Source: Candidatus Asgardarchaeum abyssi (GTDB lineage: Archaea > Asgardarchaeota > Asgardarchaeia > Asgardarchaeales > Asgardarchaeaceae). Taken from it: a DNA stretch of 8,796 nucleotides. The stretch covers positions 1 to 8,796 of the forward strand of contig JBECUL010000078.1 of assembly GCA_040225955.1 (NCBI GenBank), in the 5' to 3' direction. Positions 7,866-8,796 of the stretch are shown one piece after another. Below the pieces are notes generated by a model that made no database searches, was not told the DNA's origin, and saw only the letters and a list, made by a program, of their open reading frames with translations. The position numbers were made by a program, and so were the translations under genes. Every line of letters starts with the position of its first letter. The stretch's first letter is position 1.

Positions 7866-8231
7866 ATGGGTGTGGCAGATGTTGTTAATGAGATTATGGC
7901 AAAGCATGTACAGATTGGTGCTGTAGTAATTTTCAGAAATGATGGAACAATAGTCCATTCCGTAGGGCAATGGCAATTGAATCCAAATGAAATTCTTGAT
8001 GTTATTAAGAATAAACAACCATCAATAACAATTCAAGGTGTAAAATATTCTATTTTTACAAACACCGAAGATTCCTTTATAGCTTCTAATTTGCAAGGAT
8101 TGGGTCATGTTATAGGCGCTGCGATAAATGATAAGGGATGGATTATTGTTTACGCTGGCAAAGACGCTGATAAAGCGGAGATATTGAGAACATTGATTGG
8201 CGCTTCCTCGAAACTGAAAAATCTTGTGTAG
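7866..8231 (+). CDS. Profilin-like protein (Asgard-type profilin candidate), 121 aa from the ATG at 7866. The maximal ORF starts at 7818.
   Basis: The layout matches a profilin: an N-terminal helix (VADVVNEIMAK), then GAVVIFRNDGTIVHSVGQWQLNPNEILDVI, compared with the eukaryotic pattern AAI.G.DG.VWA.S..F.L.P.E. This is followed by ITIQGVKYSIFTNTEDSFIASNLQGLGHVIG, compared with L.LGG.KY.VIR.....I.GKKG..G, and a C-terminal helix. GGTGG lies 4 nt upstream of ATG 7866, the same arrangement as at the GGGPS start. No Shine-Dalgarno motif precedes ATG 7818. Confidence 0.6.
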   Translation: MGVADVVNEIMAKHVQIGAVVIFRNDGTIVHSVGQWQLNPNEILDVIKNKQPSITIQGVKYSIFTNTEDSFIASNLQGLGHVIGAAINDKGWIIVYAGKDADKAEILRTLIGASSKLKNLV

Positions 8232-8245
8232 TTATACCCTTATAG

Positions 8246-8269
8246 AAACTATGAAAAATAGTTTATTTT
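8246..8269 (+). terminator. Hairpin plus T-tract downstream of the profilin-like gene
   Basis: AAACTAT (8246-8252) and ATAGTTT (8258-8264) form a 7-bp stem with a GAAAA loop. The stem is followed by ATTTT. The element starts 15 nt after the TAG stop (8229-8231). Confidence 0.4.
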
Positions 8270-8356
8270 CAGTGTCAGTCAGCCCATCGACATTCATCCT
8301 ATTTGTCATTAGGTTGATCCATCATCATCCACACTAATTTTATTATATATTGGGAT

Positions 8357-8368
8357 CTAAAAATTAAG
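8357..8368 (-). terminator. Oligo-T tract after tRNA-Trp (candidate end of the 5S-tRNA transcription unit)
   Basis: The minus strand after the discriminator base reads CTTATCTTAATTTTTAG, with the T5 run at 8363-8359. Confidence 0.35.
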
Positions 8369-8373
8369 ATAAG

Positions 8374-8508
8374 TGGGGCCGCTGGGAGTTGAACCCAGGC
8401 TAGCAGGTCTCTCCTTCGCGCTCCAGAGGCTCGTCATCCTAGCGTCAGCAGACCTGCTTTTTAAAATCCTCTGGAGCCTGCCGTGCTACCTGGCTACACC
8501 ACGGCCCC
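8374..8508 (-). tRNA. tRNA-Trp (anticodon CCA) with a 62-nt intron at the canonical 37/38 position. CCA is not encoded.
   Basis: The minus strand folds as a cloverleaf. The acceptor stem is GGGGCCG/CGGCCCC with discriminator A, and U8 is present. The D arm is GUGU-AGCCAGGUA-GCAC and the anticodon stem is GCAGG/CCUGC. The anticodon loop is CUCCAG|intron|A, and the T arm is CUGGG-UUCAACU-CCCAG. Exon 1 is 8508-8471, the intron is 8470-8409 and exon 2 is 8408-8374, giving a 73-nt mature tRNA. The BHB has the central helix CUCC(32-35)/GGAG, with AGA bulges on both strands placing the cuts after G37 and before A38. Confidence 0.9.
8409..8470 (-). ncRNA. Box C/D-like guide RNA embedded in the tRNA-Trp intron
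   Basis: The intron is AGGAUUUUAAAAAGCAGGUCUGCUGACGCUAGGAUGACGAGCCUCUGGAGCGCGAAGGAGAG. It has an internal D'-like CUGA (8448-8445) and a C'-like AGGAUGA(CGA) (8440-8431). The terminal boxes are degenerate: C is AGGAUUU and D is GCGA, but they can still form tandem G.A pairs. Guide 1, AGCAGGUCU (8458-8450), is complementary to pre-tRNA AG+A38-U44. Guide 2, CCUCUGGAGC (8429-8420), is complementary to G31-G37 plus the first 3 intron nt. Confidence 0.6.
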
Positions 8509-8519
8509 AAAATGAATGA

Positions 8520-8672
8520 TAGCAGCACCGTTCCGTGGTCGAAATGGGAACGGGTGTTTCCCCTTGCCTATGACCGTCGGCAAAGCCGACAGCCATCCGG
8601 GCTTCCCGTCGGCTCTCGCACGACAGTACAACCCGGACCGCGCAAGGGCTTAACTTTCACGCGGTGCTGCTA
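8520..8672 (-). rRNA. Circularly permuted 5S rRNA gene (3' half, then helix I hairpin, then 5' half) flanked by a BHB processing motif
   Basis: The minus strand 8672->8520 reads TAGCAGCACCG-CGTG-AAA-GTTAAGCCCTTGCGCGGTCCGGGTTGTACTGTCGTGCGAGAGCCGACGGGAAGCCCGGATGGCTGTCGGC-TTT-GCCGACGGTCATAGGCAAGGGGAAACACCCGTTCCCATTTCGAC-CACG-GAA-CGGTGCTGCTA. All conserved archaeal 5S blocks are present, but in swapped order. These blocks are CAUAG, helix II GCAAGGG/CCCUUGC, AACACCCGUUCCCAUUUCGA, AAGUUAAGCC, GUUGUACUG...GCGAGAG...GGGAAGCC and helix I. Details are in the findings. Confidence 0.85.
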
Positions 8673-8698
8673 TCGTAAATGGATAAAATAAAAGTATT

Positions 8699-8711
8699 GA
8701 TAAATTTTTCG
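8699..8711 (-). promoter_or_regulatory. Candidate BRE/TATA for the 5S-tRNA-Trp unit
   Basis: The minus strand reads CGAAAAATTTATC, a purine-rich stretch followed by an A/T box. It is centred about 30 nt upstream of the first base of the 5S leader helix (8672). The call rests on position only. Confidence 0.25.
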
Positions 8712-8736
8712 ATTATTGGGAGCACTTGTAAAAAAT

Positions 8737-8796
8737 ATGCCTCAAAAAATCAAATTTCAGCCCCTTTTGAAAAATAAAGCTCCGTATCCACTTATC
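8737..8796 (+). CDS. Possible 5' end of an unidentified gene running off the right edge
   Basis: The frame from the ATG at 8737 is open to the window end (MPQKIKFQPLLKNKAPYPLI...). GGGAG lies about 14 nt upstream. Only 20 codons are visible and nothing in them is recognisable. Confidence 0.2.
   Translation, partial: MPQKIKFQPLLKNKAPYPLI

Noticed and set aside
8271-8356. Spacer between the profilin terminator and the tRNA 3' flank, scanned on both strands for small ORFs, repeats or RNA structure
   Set aside because: I could see no ORF of meaningful length, no convincing stem-loops and no repeats. It is best treated as a convergent intergenic spacer.
8520-8672. GC-rich structured block initially considered as an SRP (7S) RNA fragment, an RNase P RNA fragment, or two tandem partial 5S copies
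   Set aside because: The block is too short (about 150 nt) for SRP or RNase P RNA and has none of their conserved motifs. Every conserved block matches 5S exactly once, so it is one complete permuted copy rather than a tandem or truncated duplication.
8368-8796. 9-nt inverted match GATAAGTGG (8368-8376) / CCACTTATC (8788-8796) bracketing the RNA island, which could be read as terminal inverted repeats of a mobile element
   Set aside because: A single 9-nt match is expected by chance many times in an 8.8-kb window. The left copy partly overlaps the tRNA 3' end. There is no transposase, target-site duplication or longer extension of the match.

Overview
This is an AT-rich archaeal window. The evidence is a GGGP synthase, BHB-type RNA processing signals and GGTG/GGAGGTG Shine-Dalgarno motifs. 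A profilin-like gene suggests an Asgard (Loki-type) genome, but that is inference. From left to right, the minus strand carries a partial MtnA/eIF-2B-family isomerase and then a five-gene ECF transporter cluster: EcfT, two EcfA ATPases, a small 3-TM protein and an extended S component. A GGGP synthase follows on the plus strand, converging on an OPT-family transporter, and then comes the profilin-like gene on the plus strand. The window ends with a GC-rich RNA island on the minus strand (8374-8672). The main finding is in that island. The 5S rRNA gene is circularly permuted: its 3' half is encoded before its 5' half, helix I is closed by a UUU loop, and the gene ends form a canonical bulge-helix-bulge (BHB) motif. 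Cutting at that motif and ligating the ends would rebuild the conserved 5S sequence CACGGAAGUUAAG. Eleven nt downstream on the same strand is an intron-containing tRNA-Trp(CCA). Its 62-nt intron looks like a box C/D guide aimed at the tRNA's own anticodon arm. No CRISPR arrays, transposases or defence genes were seen. The short ORFs antisense to the large genes are treated as shadow ORFs. All calls come from reading the sequence by eye, with no database search, and hand-derived coordinates may be off by 1-2 nt.
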